A stretch of DNA of 64,000 nucleotides from Ignavibacteria bacterium (lineage in GTDB: Bacteria > Bacteroidota > Ignavibacteria > Kapaibacteriales > Kapaibacteriaceae). Under the pieces are notes generated by a model that saw only the letters and a program-made list of their open reading frames with translations, had not been told where the DNA came from and did not search any database. The number at the start of each line of letters is the position of its first letter. Position 1 is the stretch's first letter. The translations under genes and the position numbers were made by a program. Location: NCBI GenBank assembly GCA_947458785.1, contig CANGZU010000002.1:1770-65769 (forward strand). Reading direction: 5' to 3'. Positions 17,650 through 27,435 of the stretch are shown in pieces.

Positions 17650-18936
17650 CTATCGATTATTCACCCTAACCGTGATCCAAACACCGATGATGCCGATGAT
17701 GATGTTGCCGAGCCACATGGCAAGGAATGGGGACAGGTAGCCGCGATCGGCAAACTCTTCGCCACCGATCATGGACATCCAATAGATTACGTAGAAGCCG
17801 AGAGAGTACATGGCGCTCGTGCCGAAGTTGCCACCCTTTGTGAGAATGCCGAGCGGGCTTCCAACGATCACAAAGAGTAGGCAGGCGAAGGGGATTGCAT
17901 ACTTCTTGTGGATCTCCACGAGATACTTATTCGCAACGATGCGCTCGTTCTTTGCACGCTGATACTCTGATTCCATCATCATTTGCGCTGTCGCAATAAA
18001 TGAACTGGTTCGCTGCAGAATGTCTGCCGTGCTCAAGGATGTCGTTAGAGCAACAGGGGGCTGACGTAGATCGCGAAGATGTAGCTGAAGAATGGAGTCG
18101 TATCGCTGCTGCGCTAAACGTTCTTGGATTTGGGAGTTGTCAACGATGCGTTGCATGTCTGCGATCGTCATTTCGCGCTCGCCGCGAGAGCTACCTGTCA
18201 CATCGCTTGCTTCATAAAAGAATTTATCAGCAGGCAAAACGATCTGGTATCGATCGAAGGCGATGACGCGATACTCGTTGGGATCACGGACTCCACGCTG
18301 GTGGATCTCGCCACGTGAAAGTTGGATAACCAGTCGTGTCAAGGACGGTGAGAATGCAAGTCGTCCGCTGTCTGCATTGATGATGTTAACAGCATCAAAT
18401 TTAGACTTGTCATAGATCGAGACACCTAGCATAGCGCCGCTCGGAAGGACCTGGCGCGCCAGGATTGACGTTGTGGAATTGAAGGTCGTGAATTGTCCCT
18501 CCTCCACCGCAAACGAGGGCTTTGTGCTTTCGATGTCGCGCATCATACCGGTGAGGCGCACATTTGAGTCGGGCAGAACACTGTCTGTGTACCAGAACGT
18601 GAACCCCCACAACAAGCATCCGGCAGCCATGACAGGGATCATCATCTTAAAGAGCCCCATGCCGCTTGCCTTCATAACCGTCACTTCGTGATTGCTCGAC
18701 ATTGCACCGAAGGCCATGATCGTGCTAAAGAGCACGCCAATGGGGATAGCCAGCACGACGATCCACGAAAGGTTCAGTGCTAGGAACTGCATGATCGTTG
18801 GCGCATCGAGCCCCTTACTGGCAAGCTTGTCTACCCAGCGCATCATGTACTGGATCAGAAACAGTGCCATGATCACCGACGTACCGAAGACGAAGGGGGC
18901 TATGTGAGCGCGCAGGATGTAGCGGTAGATGAGCAT
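17650..18936 (-). CDS. LptF/LptG-family lipopolysaccharide export permease (YjgP/YjgQ)
   Basis: N-terminus MLIYRYILRAHIAPFVFGTSVIMALFLIQYMMRWVDKL. Layout of 3 TM, a large periplasmic loop, then 3 TM; ~428 aa. Confidence 0.8.
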   Translation of the reverse strand: MLIYRYILRAHIAPFVFGTSVIMALFLIQYMMRWVDKLASKGLDAPTIMQFLALNLSWIVVLAIPIGVLFSTIMAFGAMSSNHEVTVMKASGMGLFKMMIPVMAAGCLLWGFTFWYTDSVLPDSNVRLTGMMRDIESTKPSFAVEEGQFTTFNSTTSILARQVLPSGAMLGVSIYDKSKFDAVNIINADSGRLAFSPSLTRLVIQLSRGEIHQRGVRDPNEYRVIAFDRYQIVLPADKFFYEASDVTGSSRGEREMTIADMQRIVDNSQIQERLAQQRYDSILQLHLRDLRQPPVALTTSLSTADILQRTSSFIATAQMMMESEYQRAKNERIVANKYLVEIHKKYAIPFACLLFVIVGSPLGILTKGGNFGTSAMYSLGFYVIYWMSMIGGEEFADRGYLSPFLAMWLGNIIIGIIGVWITVRVNNR

Positions 18937-18942
18937 AGCGGT

Positions 18943-20067
18943 TTAGGAACGCTTTCGCTCACATTCCTTGATGAGCTTGTCAAACTCGTCGTGTTTTTCC
19001 GGCTTTTGTGCCTGCAGGTTCTTGAAGGCCTCAATGGCCAATTCGTATGAACCTTGTTGCATGTAGATCCGCGCGATTGTCTCGGTAATCATGATCGGAG
19101 AAGGTTGTGCGCTGAAGTCTTCTTTCGAGATCTCTTGCTCAACGGCAGCAGACCTTGGCATACGTGCATCGGTAAGTCGTGCAGCCAATTCCTCGAGCGT
19201 GACTGGCTTTTTACGGGCTTCCTGAGCATCTGATGATCGCGCCGGACGTCGCATTTGGTGGAAGGTTCGAAACGCTGGCGGGTCGAGTAACGACGTGATC
19301 TCCCGACGACCACGAGAACGCACGCCCTCAAAGCGAAGGCTGGTAAACTCTAATCCTGGAATAAGTCGCACGCTGGCGCTGCGAATGATGCGGGTATCCG
19401 TGGTTACAGGAGCCATCTCGATCAACCGCAAAACATTCGGGTGCGAGACATACAGTGGCTCAGCGGCGCTGTCTACGACCTCAACAGGGTCGGCGACCTC
19501 AGGAGCTTCGACGATGTCTAGGTATATGTCTTCTACCTGTGTTGCATCATCACCAAGCTCCTCTACGCTCTCCTCAACATGCTGTTCTTCGTCGGTGCTA
19601 ACGTTAGTTGGCTCTTCTTCGATGATGGCTTCGACGTAGCTAACTGCGGCTTCCTGAGCGGACTCAACGATTTCGCATTGGAGATCTACAGGTTCTGGAT
19701 CATACTGCTCGACAATAACATCGATGAGCGGTTCCGAGATCTCTTCAATCTGCGGCTCGAAGTCGTCTTCAGCAGCATGAAGGATCTCCGCTTCGGATAT
19801 CGTATCGGAGGGTACAACTGCGTAGGACTTCAGTATAGGTAGGCCAGGGAAGCGAGCATGGAGTGCTTCACGAATCACCTGTGCATCGCGAAGCTGACCA
19901 AGTGATTCGTAGGCCGATGCCAAAAGGATGTACCCACCGATATAGTCTGGGTAGTGCTCAACACCGGATGCGCAGAGCTGCGCAGCCTCAAGGATGCTGT
20001 TGGACTGCAATAACTCGATTGCAGTAACAGCAAAAGAGGGGGCGGGACGATTAGTCGCGGTTGCCAA
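18943..20067 (-). CDS. Tetratricopeptide-repeat protein with a long acidic central region
   Basis: TPR-like helices at both ends (YILLASAYESLGQLRDAQ; ARIYMQQGSYELAIEAFKNLQ) and an E/D/V-rich middle. No family was recognised. Confidence 0.5.
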   Translation of the reverse strand: MATATNRPAPSFAVTAIELLQSNSILEAAQLCASGVEHYPDYIGGYILLASAYESLGQLRDAQVIREALHARFPGLPILKSYAVVPSDTISEAEILHAAEDDFEPQIEEISEPLIDVIVEQYDPEPVDLQCEIVESAQEAAVSYVEAIIEEEPTNVSTDEEQHVEESVEELGDDATQVEDIYLDIVEAPEVADPVEVVDSAAEPLYVSHPNVLRLIEMAPVTTDTRIIRSASVRLIPGLEFTSLRFEGVRSRGRREITSLLDPPAFRTFHQMRRPARSSDAQEARKKPVTLEELAARLTDARMPRSAAVEQEISKEDFSAQPSPIMITETIARIYMQQGSYELAIEAFKNLQAQKPEKHDEFDKLIKECERKRS

Positions 20068-20752
20068 ACAAACGCAGAAGATACAGGAACAGATTGATGA
20101 AGTTCAGATACAGCGACAGGGCACCGATGATTGCGCGCTTGTGAGCAAGCCCTTCACCCGCATACATCACGATGGCTTGTTCCTTGATCTTGTTCATTTC
20201 ATATGCTGTAAGACCGGTAAAGATCAACACACCAATCACACTGACAGCAAACTCAAGTACACCGCTACCGAGAAAGATATTGACGACTGATGCGATGATC
20301 AGGCCGATGAGCCCCATGAAGAGGAATGAGCCCATTCCTGTGAGATCGCGCTTTGTTGTATATCCAAACACCGCAGCGGCCGTATACATGCCGGCGGCGA
20401 TCAGGAATACTTGGAAGATGCTGCCGAGTTCATAGACGAGGAAGATTGATCCAAAGGACAACCCGTTCGTGAGAGCGTATGCGATGAACGTGCCGGCTGC
20501 CGTGCTTGGCTGCATGCGGTCAATGCGGGCCGAGAGGAAGAAGACCATGGCGATAGGGGCCAGCATCACAACCCAGACGAGTGGTGTTCCGAAAATGGCT
20601 GCCTGCAGTGTATCGCTCGATGCAACGAGTGCCGCACTGGCAGTCGTGAGCAGAAGTCCGCCGACCATCCACGCGTAAACGCGCTGTATGTATGTACGGA
20701 TAGCGTCCGCGCTGATAGCCTGCGAGAACGCATTGTGTGGTTGCATATTCAT
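20051..20752 (-). CDS. Bax inhibitor-1 / YccA family membrane protein
   Basis: ~233 aa, 7 predicted TM helices. N-terminal YIQRVYAWMVGGLLLTT and C-terminal GALSLYLNFINLFLYLLRLFG are typical of BI-1/YccA. Confidence 0.8.
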   Translation of the reverse strand: MNMQPHNAFSQAISADAIRTYIQRVYAWMVGGLLLTTASAALVASSDTLQAAIFGTPLVWVVMLAPIAMVFFLSARIDRMQPSTAAGTFIAYALTNGLSFGSIFLVYELGSIFQVFLIAAGMYTAAAVFGYTTKRDLTGMGSFLFMGLIGLIIASVVNIFLGSGVLEFAVSVIGVLIFTGLTAYEMNKIKEQAIVMYAGEGLAHKRAIIGALSLYLNFINLFLYLLRLFGNRD

Positions 20753-20777
20753 TGTGTACCTCGACGAATAACGTGTA

Positions 20778-21761
20778 TTACCTTGTTCGCGTCACAACAA
20801 AGTTAGCAAAGTCCATGAGCGCTTCTTTGTACTGCGAATCCGGGAATACGACGATTTTCTCCCTCGCCTGTTGTTGCAGGTCGAAGGCAGTAGCCTGGGC
20901 CGAGTCGATACCATTATGGCTGGTCACAAAATCAACGACGCGTTTGACGTCTTTTGTGTCGGCCTTTTTCGATTTGACGATTGCGACCATTTTTTTGGAT
21001 TCGCTCGAATCGGCATTCTGCATCGCTCGGAGCAAAGGCAGGGTGATCTTCCCTTCGCGGATGTCATTACCAACTGGCTTTCCGAGGATCATGGTCCGGC
21101 TTGTATAGTCCAGCACATCGTCGCGGATCTGGAATGCCAGCCCCACTAACTCCCCGTAATCACGCAGGGCCGTGCGAACCGAGGGGTCGTCTGACACACT
21201 GATGGAACCAACTTCACAGCAGGTGGAGATCAACGAAGCAGTCTTATCGGAGATGATACGGAAGTACGTCTCTTCGTCAATAGTTTTTTGTCGGCTCTTC
21301 TGAATCTGTAGGAGCTCGCCTTCACTCATGCGTCGTACGGCTTCGCTCGTTACGCGTAAGTAGTCGAACTCATTGGTGTTTACGGCGATCAGTAAGCCCC
21401 TTGATAGGAAGTAGTCACCCACAAGTACCGCAACCTTGTTCTTCCATACTGCATTGATCGAGGCAACACCGCGGCGTTCATCTGAGCTATCAACCACGTC
21501 GTCATGGACCAGCGTAGCCGTATGCAGTAGCTCAACCATTGCTGCTCCAACAAACGAGCGCTCGTTGATCGCGCCACAGAGGCCAGCTGAAAGAAACACC
21601 AAGGCTGGGCGAACTCGCTTACCGCGCTGCTTCATGATGTAACGCACTACGGTGTCGAGCAGGGCAGTACGCGAACGCACTTGATCGCGCATGTACGACT
21701 CAAAGCGTTCAATCTCGGCCGCTACAGGGCTGCTAATCGACGATATACTGTGTGAACTCAT
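20778..21761 (-). CDS. Polyprenyl diphosphate synthase (long-chain, IspB-like)
   Basis: First and second aspartate-rich motifs LVHDDVVDSSDERRG and FQIRDDVLDY; ~327 aa. Confidence 0.85.
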   Translation of the reverse strand: MSSHSISSISSPVAAEIERFESYMRDQVRSRTALLDTVVRYIMKQRGKRVRPALVFLSAGLCGAINERSFVGAAMVELLHTATLVHDDVVDSSDERRGVASINAVWKNKVAVLVGDYFLSRGLLIAVNTNEFDYLRVTSEAVRRMSEGELLQIQKSRQKTIDEETYFRIISDKTASLISTCCEVGSISVSDDPSVRTALRDYGELVGLAFQIRDDVLDYTSRTMILGKPVGNDIREGKITLPLLRAMQNADSSESKKMVAIVKSKKADTKDVKRVVDFVTSHNGIDSAQATAFDLQQQAREKIVVFPDSQYKEALMDFANFVVTRTR

Positions 21762-21772
21762 GGATACGGGGC

Positions 21773-22513
21773 TTAGACTGCCGGTTTAGGTTGTACAATC
21801 CGGGCAACTACTACACTAACCTCGTAGAGAATCCAGAGTGGCACAGCAACCATGAGCTGGCTTACGGGATCGGGAGAGGGAGTAATGATCGCGGCGAGAA
21901 TAAGGATGACGACGATAGCATGCCGACGGTACTTCGTCATTGTTGCTGATGTGACCATCCCAAGACGTGCTAACACGAAGGTGACCATGGGAAGTTCAAA
22001 TATCAACCCGCTGGCCAACATCATGTTCACAAGAAAGCTGAAATAACTGCCGACGTGGATGTTGTTCTCGATGTTGGGGTTGGCAAAGTCCTTGACGTAG
22101 TCCAGCATGCTGGGAATAAGGTAATAGTACCCAAAGGCCACTCCCAGCAGGAAGCAGATGCTGGTAAGTATCGTGATACGAAGCGCCCATTTGCGCTCCG
22201 TCATGTACAGTCCGGGTGCAACAAACGACCAGATCTGGTACAACACCCAGGGAAATGCAGCAATGATCGACGTGAGAAAAATGACCTTGAAATACAGAAA
22301 CGTCTGCCCGAAGGGCTCGATGTTCTGTAGCTTGACCTTGGCCTGCACGGCAGGCTGTAGCAAGACAATATTCATAATCTCATCGCCGAAGTATCCGATG
22401 ATGCAGCATGCCACCAAAAGGCCGTAGACAGAGTACAATAGCCGACGCCGAAGCTCCTCTAGATGATCAAGGAACCCCATCTCTTTAACTGGCTCTTGGG
22501 CTGTTGTGTTCAT
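21773..22513 (-). CDS. tatC: Twin-arginine translocase subunit TatC
   Basis: GFLDHLEELRRRLLYS..., six TM segments. The start is set at ATG 22513 (MNTTAQEPVKEMGFLDHLEELRRR). The longer ORF start at 22663 adds 50 aa that do not resemble TatC. Confidence 0.85.
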   Translation of the reverse strand: MNTTAQEPVKEMGFLDHLEELRRRLLYSVYGLLVACCIIGYFGDEIMNIVLLQPAVQAKVKLQNIEPFGQTFLYFKVIFLTSIIAAFPWVLYQIWSFVAPGLYMTERKWALRITILTSICFLLGVAFGYYYLIPSMLDYVKDFANPNIENNIHVGSYFSFLVNMMLASGLIFELPMVTFVLARLGMVTSATMTKYRRHAIVVILILAAIITPSPDPVSQLMVAVPLWILYEVSVVVARIVQPKPAV

Positions 22514-22590
22514 GCCTACTACAATCGGTTCTTTCGTGTGCTCGCGGTGCGAAAATACGCAGATGTGGTGCCTAATATGTTTTCGGACAT

Positions 22591-22635
22591 TCACAAGCGA
22601 AAAAAATTCACAGGTACTACATTTTTTGCTTGTGA
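22591..22635. repeat. Long imperfect inverted repeat (~15 bp arms, 14 nt loop) in the tatC-dnaA divergent intergenic region
   Basis: tcacaagcgaaaaaaa [ttcacaggtactac] attttttgcttgtga was read directly. The arms are complementary apart from one bulged g. Confidence 0.8.
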
Positions 22636-22756
22636 GAGATGACGTAGGAGAGGATATTCGCATCCCCTGCCAGCTATTACGGCAGGATTACGCAGTCGGG
22701 GAAGTACATGGCGGTAGTTGGGGGGAGACAACTACGGTAGGACTGAACAATTGACT

Positions 22757-24193
22757 ATGAATAAAAGCACGACACGAGTATCGCAACAAAGCTTGACGGA
22801 CGCCGAAGGACTCTGGGGTCAGTGTCTGGATATCGTACGTGACAACGTATCTGATCAAGTCTTTAAGACATGGTTTGAAAAGATGCGTCCGATGAGGTGG
22901 GACGGAGTCCAGTTGACTCTTGAGCTTCCCAGCCACTTCTTTTACGAGTGGATCGAGCAGCACTATTCGAATCTTCTTCAAAAGACCATCCAGCGTGTGT
23001 TAGGACCGAAGGCCAAGGTTGTCTTCGAAGTTGTTGTCGATGACGGTGGCACGTCGCAAGATCGCAAGACTGTTAAGCTGCCCGGCCTTCGCGGTGGGGT
23101 GCAACCATCCCTGCCGTTTAGCGAGGCAAAACCACAGACACAGGCACCTGTCCGAACAACGCATTATCCAACGTATTTCAACCCACGGTACACGTTTGAG
23201 AACTTCATCCGTGGAGAAAACAATCAGCTTGCAACATCGGCAGCCATTGCCGTTGCAGACAATCCCGGCAAGACGAAGTTTAACCCGCTTGTGATCTACG
23301 GTCCAACGGGGCTTGGCAAGACGCACCTTGTGCAAGCCATTGGCAACCGTGTTCTCCAACGCAACCCGCAGGCCAAGGTTCTGTATACGAACTCTGAAAA
23401 GTTCACGATGGAGTACATCAACGCCATCCAGACGAACAAGGTACCGGAGTTCACGAACTTTTACCGCAGTGTGGATGTGTTGATTGTTGATGACATCCAG
23501 TTCCTCGGCGGAAAAGAAAAGACGCAGGATAATTTCTTCCACACGTTTAACGCCCTTCACCAAGACGGAAAGCAGCTTATCCTAACATCCGATAAGCAGC
23601 CAAAGGATCTTGCAGATCTGGACGAGCGCCTGATCTCGAGGTTCCAGTGGGGCCTTACAACAGACATCCAGCCCCCTGATCTTGAGACACGTATTGCTAT
23701 TCTCCAGCAGAAGAGCATGGAAGAGGGCATGGATCTTCCGGGCGATATTCTCGAGTACGTCGGTATGCACGTCACGAGCAGCGTTCGTGAACTTGAGGGC
23801 TGTCTGATTTCGATCCTTGCCAAAGTATCGCTTGATCGTCGCGACCTTACCTTGGAACTTGCCAAGGAAGTCGTGCGTGGTATCTCAAGCGCTGGGAATT
23901 CCCGTACGCTGACCATTGATGAGATCAAGAAGGAAGTTGCCACGTTCTATAACATCGATACGGCTCTTCTCTCAGCAAAGACCCGCAAGCACGAGATCGT
24001 GCTTGCACGTCAGATGTCGATGTATTTGGCAAAGAACCTTACTCAGACATCACTGAAGAGTATCGGTATGCACTTTGGTGGACGAGACCACACGACGGTG
24101 CTTCACTCGTGTCAGCAAATCCTGAATTACATCGACACGGATAAAAAAGTCCGTCAAGACGTAGAGTTTTTGAAAAAAGCACTGCGCGGATAA
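22757..24193 (+). CDS. dnaA: Chromosomal replication initiator protein DnaA
   Basis: Walker A (GPTGLGKTHL), VDDIQFLGGKEKTQDNFFHTFNAL, C-terminal DNA-binding domain (HFGGRDHTTVLHSCQQI). The start is set at ATG 22757. Confidence 0.93.
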   Translation: MNKSTTRVSQQSLTDAEGLWGQCLDIVRDNVSDQVFKTWFEKMRPMRWDGVQLTLELPSHFFYEWIEQHYSNLLQKTIQRVLGPKAKVVFEVVVDDGGTSQDRKTVKLPGLRGGVQPSLPFSEAKPQTQAPVRTTHYPTYFNPRYTFENFIRGENNQLATSAAIAVADNPGKTKFNPLVIYGPTGLGKTHLVQAIGNRVLQRNPQAKVLYTNSEKFTMEYINAIQTNKVPEFTNFYRSVDVLIVDDIQFLGGKEKTQDNFFHTFNALHQDGKQLILTSDKQPKDLADLDERLISRFQWGLTTDIQPPDLETRIAILQQKSMEEGMDLPGDILEYVGMHVTSSVRELEGCLISILAKVSLDRRDLTLELAKEVVRGISSAGNSRTLTIDEIKKEVATFYNIDTALLSAKTRKHEIVLARQMSMYLAKNLTQTSLKSIGMHFGGRDHTTVLHSCQQILNYIDTDKKVRQDVEFLKKALRG

Positions 24194-24234
24194 CTTGGTA
24201 GATTTCAAAGAAGTGTTAATTTCGCACTCCTCAT

Positions 24235-24308
24235 TCCGCAGTAGCTCAGCTGGTTAGAGCATCTGACTGTTAATCAGAGGGTCCGGGGTTCAAGTCCCTG
24301 CTGCGGAG
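24235..24308 (+). tRNA. tRNA-Asn (anticodon GTT)
   Basis: A 74-nt cloverleaf folded by hand: acceptor tccgcag/ctgcgga, D-arm gctc/gagc, anticodon stem tctga/tcaga with loop ctGTTaa, T-arm cgggg/ccctg with loop ttcaagt. CCA is not encoded. Confidence 0.9.
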
Positions 24309-24320
24309 CACGAAACGATA

Positions 24321-24356
24321 AAAAGGCCATACTTTCGAGTATGGCCTTTTTTCTTT
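24321..24356 (+). terminator. Rho-independent terminator after tRNA-Asn
   Basis: 13-bp perfect stem aaaaggccatact / agtatggcctttt, loop ttcg, followed by a T-rich tail. Confidence 0.85.
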
Positions 24357-24372
24357 AAAAGCTTGGTGTATC

Positions 24373-24720
24373 ATGCCACGTTTTGAAAACGTCGACGCCT
24401 ACATTGAGACGTTTCCGCCGTTGACGCAGCGAAAGCTCCAGCAGCTGCGTAGGCTTATGCGCAAACATGCGCCTTTTGCCAGCGAGTGTATCAGCTACAA
24501 CATGCCGGCATATAGGGTGGCGAAGGGCGTGCTCGTCTACTATGCGGCATACACACACCATATAGGTTTCTACCCAACGGGCAAAGGTATCGAGGCAATC
24601 AAGGAAGAGCTTGATGGGTATGCGTGGTCGAAGGGGGCTATCCAATTCCCACTCGACGAGCCCCTTCCCGTTGCGTTGATTACGAAGATCGTGAGGTTGC
24701 GCTGTGATCATCTCCGCTGA
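24373..24720 (+). CDS. DUF1801 (YdhG-like) domain protein
   Basis: FENVDAYIETFPP...LRRLMRKHAP...ISYNMPAYR...YYAAYTHHIGFYP...IQFPLDEPLP is typical of the DUF1801 family. Confidence 0.7.
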   Translation: MPRFENVDAYIETFPPLTQRKLQQLRRLMRKHAPFASECISYNMPAYRVAKGVLVYYAAYTHHIGFYPTGKGIEAIKEELDGYAWSKGAIQFPLDEPLPVALITKIVRLRCDHLR

Positions 24721-25399
24721 GTCAATTGTTCTGCATTCCAGACGCTACGGCGATTCGTCGAGAATCGTAACGCTCTATACGCGTGAGCTCGGGAAAGTTG
24801 CCGTTGTAGCCAAGGGGGTTCGTACGATGAAGTCTACGATCAGCGCGGCCCTTGAGCCCCTTTCCCACTGTCGATGCACGATCTATCATGGAAAGAATAA
24901 GGAGCTGCACACGTTATCGCAGGCAGAGTCGATCACGCAGCGTCGAAATCTCACAACGCTGGAACATTTGCAATCTGGACTGATGATGTGTGAGGCAATC
25001 ATTCGCACGCAGGCGCAGGAGCAAGCGGAACCAGATGTGTTTGAGCTGCTGCGAAAGGCCCTCGAGGTGCTTGATGCGGCACCCGAAGACCAAGCATATA
25101 GTATCAGTGTTGCTATGCGATGCAGGCTTGCAGAAGTGATGGGATTTGGATTGCAGTTTGTGCCGCCTCGAGAGCAGGCATCGGTGTTTATTGACGTAAC
25201 GGACGGAAGCGTTGCACCTGCGGGCATTGGCGTGCAGATGACGCGCAGTGCGTACGGCGGCATGTATGCCTCTCGCAGGGGACAGTGGACGTTGGTGAGC
25301 GAGGCAGATAAACTCGAGATCGAGTCGATCTTATCCCTGTATTTCTCACACCATCTTGAGAAGCGAATCGTCTCCCAGACATACTCTCACTTGCGATAG
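24704..25399 (+). CDS. recO: DNA repair protein RecO
   Basis: N-terminal OB-fold region (AESIVLHSRRYGDSSRIVTLYTRELGKVAVVAKGVR), ~231 aa, GTG start overlapping the upstream gene. Confidence 0.8.
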   Translation: MIISAESIVLHSRRYGDSSRIVTLYTRELGKVAVVAKGVRTMKSTISAALEPLSHCRCTIYHGKNKELHTLSQAESITQRRNLTTLEHLQSGLMMCEAIIRTQAQEQAEPDVFELLRKALEVLDAAPEDQAYSISVAMRCRLAEVMGFGLQFVPPREQASVFIDVTDGSVAPAGIGVQMTRSAYGGMYASRRGQWTLVSEADKLEIESILSLYFSHHLEKRIVSQTYSHLR

Positions 25400-25413
25400 G
25401 TTATATTCGTTTC

Positions 25414-26703
25414 ATGCTTGGTGATATAGCACTTACGTTGTTCTTCGTTGTCTTGAATGGATTCTTTGTCGCAGCAGAGTTCGCCATCGTCAAGGTGCGT
25501 ACGTCTCAAGTTGAGATTCGGGCCAGAGAAGGAAACTTCTTTGCCGGCATTGCAAAGCATATTCTTGAGCATCTCGACTCCTACCTAAGCGCTTGTCAGG
25601 TGGGCATTACACTTGCGTCTCTCGGTCTGGGTTGGATTGGCGAAAGCGTCGTTGCACGCATCGTTTCGCAAGCGGCAACTGCACTGAACATTCAACTTTC
25701 CGCCGAGTATCTGCACACGATCTCTGTCGTTATTGCGTTTGCGATCATCACAGTGCTGCACATTGTTGTTGGTGAGATGGCACCCAAGACCTACGCTATC
25801 AGGCGCTCTGAGGCCGTGACGCTCGCTGTGGCAGTTCCGCTTCGTGCCTTCTATGTTGTGTTCAGTCCAGTCATTGCATTGCTGAACTGGATGTCCAATG
25901 CGATGCTGGGAATGGCCGGCATCAAACCAGCCGGAGAGCACGATGTGCATAGTCCGGATGAATTGCGGTATCTCATAGCCGAAAGTTCAAAGCAAGGGGC
26001 TCTTGAAGTCTCTGAACAAGAGCTTATCGACAACGTGTTCGAGTTTACGGAAACAACGGCGGCACAGGTCATGGTGCCCCGATCCAAGATCACCGCTCTT
26101 GATAGCAAGCTCTCGGTCGCTGAAATGCTTGACATCGTCATGCGCGAGGGATACTCACGTATGCCAGTCTATTCTGATTCGATCGACACGATTATCGGAA
26201 TCATCTACGCCAAAGACCTTCTGACGTTGATGCATCATCGAGACCTCATCATCCTTCAAGACATCCTGCATGCCCCTTACGTTGTCCAGGAAGATGTGAT
26301 GCTTAAGCGCCTTCTGCGTGACATGCAGCGCGACAAAGTGCACATGGCTATAGTTCTTGATGAGTTTGGTGGTACTGCAGGCCTTCTCACGCTTGAGAAC
26401 ATCATTGAGGAGTTGGTCGGTAACATCCAGGATGAATACGACGACGAAGCACCCCTGCACTCGAATCAGACAACAGATGCCATAGAGCTTGATGCATCTA
26501 TTCGTATCGACGAAGCAAACGAGATCCTGCAGGAGCCCCTTCCAGAGAGTGAGGACTACGAAACACTTGGGGGCATGATCAACAACTATGCTGGACGCAT
26601 CCCGGTCGTGGGAGATGTGATCCAACTTGAACATTACGATTGCACTGTGCTTTCGGCCACTCCAAGAAGGGTTGAACGTGTAGTCCTGAGGAAGCGTCAG
26701 TAA
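25414..26703 (+). CDS. CNNM/CorB-type hemolysin-family membrane protein (DUF21, CBS pair, CorC_HlyC)
   Basis: The N-terminal DUF21 segment carries the GEMAPK motif, followed by a CBS pair (VMVPRSKITALD...; YSRMPVY...IIGIIYAKDL) and a C-terminal CorC/HlyC-like domain. Confidence 0.85.
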   Translation: MLGDIALTLFFVVLNGFFVAAEFAIVKVRTSQVEIRAREGNFFAGIAKHILEHLDSYLSACQVGITLASLGLGWIGESVVARIVSQAATALNIQLSAEYLHTISVVIAFAIITVLHIVVGEMAPKTYAIRRSEAVTLAVAVPLRAFYVVFSPVIALLNWMSNAMLGMAGIKPAGEHDVHSPDELRYLIAESSKQGALEVSEQELIDNVFEFTETTAAQVMVPRSKITALDSKLSVAEMLDIVMREGYSRMPVYSDSIDTIIGIIYAKDLLTLMHHRDLIILQDILHAPYVVQEDVMLKRLLRDMQRDKVHMAIVLDEFGGTAGLLTLENIIEELVGNIQDEYDDEAPLHSNQTTDAIELDASIRIDEANEILQEPLPESEDYETLGGMINNYAGRIPVVGDVIQLEHYDCTVLSATPRRVERVVLRKRQ

Positions 26704-26712
26704 CCGATGTAG

Positions 26713-27375
26713 TTACTTGACAACAAGCATTGGCTTCACGAACGATGAACCGGGCGCTTCGAGAACAACGTTGTACATGCTGGAGGAAGTTGTTGTTCCC
26801 CGCACAATGTACTCTACGCTGTGGACACCAGCCGGCAGTGTTGAGTTGACCACTGTTGCTACGGTGTTTCCAACCAGATCGGTAACATAGACCGATACCT
26901 TTGCGGCCTTCGGAAGCCGGAAGGTAATGTTGGCCTTGTCTGTTACAGGGTTCGGATACACATCATCGAGCTCAACATCTGCAACCACAAACGGTTTCGA
27001 AACAACATCGTTGTTCATCTGATCGCGCTCGACGATCACGGGTGCCGTCATGATGCGCGCACACGGCGTTGTCAGACGTGCATGGTAGGATCCGGCAAAT
27101 GCCCCATCAGTTGGTTGGATACGTAACTCGATCCCAGTTGCTCCGGCAAGGGGCTCGTTGTTTCTAAACCACTGGATATCGTAGTACTTGGCATTCTTTT
27201 CGTTCTCAATGCCGAGTGTCACAGAAGATCCATCAGCCACGCGGAGTACCGCATCCGGGTCTAGTGTAGATGTCCCGGCATTCGAGACACGCGTAAGACG
27301 CGGAGCCTGCCCAGCACTGGACAGACCTATCGAAGCGAGCAGCGCGAGTGCGATGATGGATGTTCGTGTATGCAT
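26713..27375 (-). CDS. Secreted Ig-like protein with a T9SS C-terminal sorting domain
   Basis: Signal peptide MHTRTSIIALALLASIGLSSAGQ (start set at ATG 27375). CTD: VYPNPVTDKANITFRLPKAAKVSVYVTDLVGNTVATV...AGVHSVEY. Confidence 0.65.
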   Translation of the reverse strand: MHTRTSIIALALLASIGLSSAGQAPRLTRVSNAGTSTLDPDAVLRVADGSSVTLGIENEKNAKYYDIQWFRNNEPLAGATGIELRIQPTDGAFAGSYHARLTTPCARIMTAPVIVERDQMNNDVVSKPFVVADVELDDVYPNPVTDKANITFRLPKAAKVSVYVTDLVGNTVATVVNSTLPAGVHSVEYIVRGTTTSSSMYNVVLEAPGSSFVKPMLVVK

Positions 27376-27435
27376 GAGAAACCTCTGCTTGGCCGACGAA
27401 AATATAGCGAAATTCGTGCCACTGGATACCACGCC

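Noticed and set aside
22514-22756. Calling oriC next to dnaA
   Set aside because: I found no consensus or near-consensus DnaA boxes by eye, only ATTCACA half-matches with 3 mismatches to TTATCCACA. Skew analysis needs the whole replicon, so no origin feature is reported.
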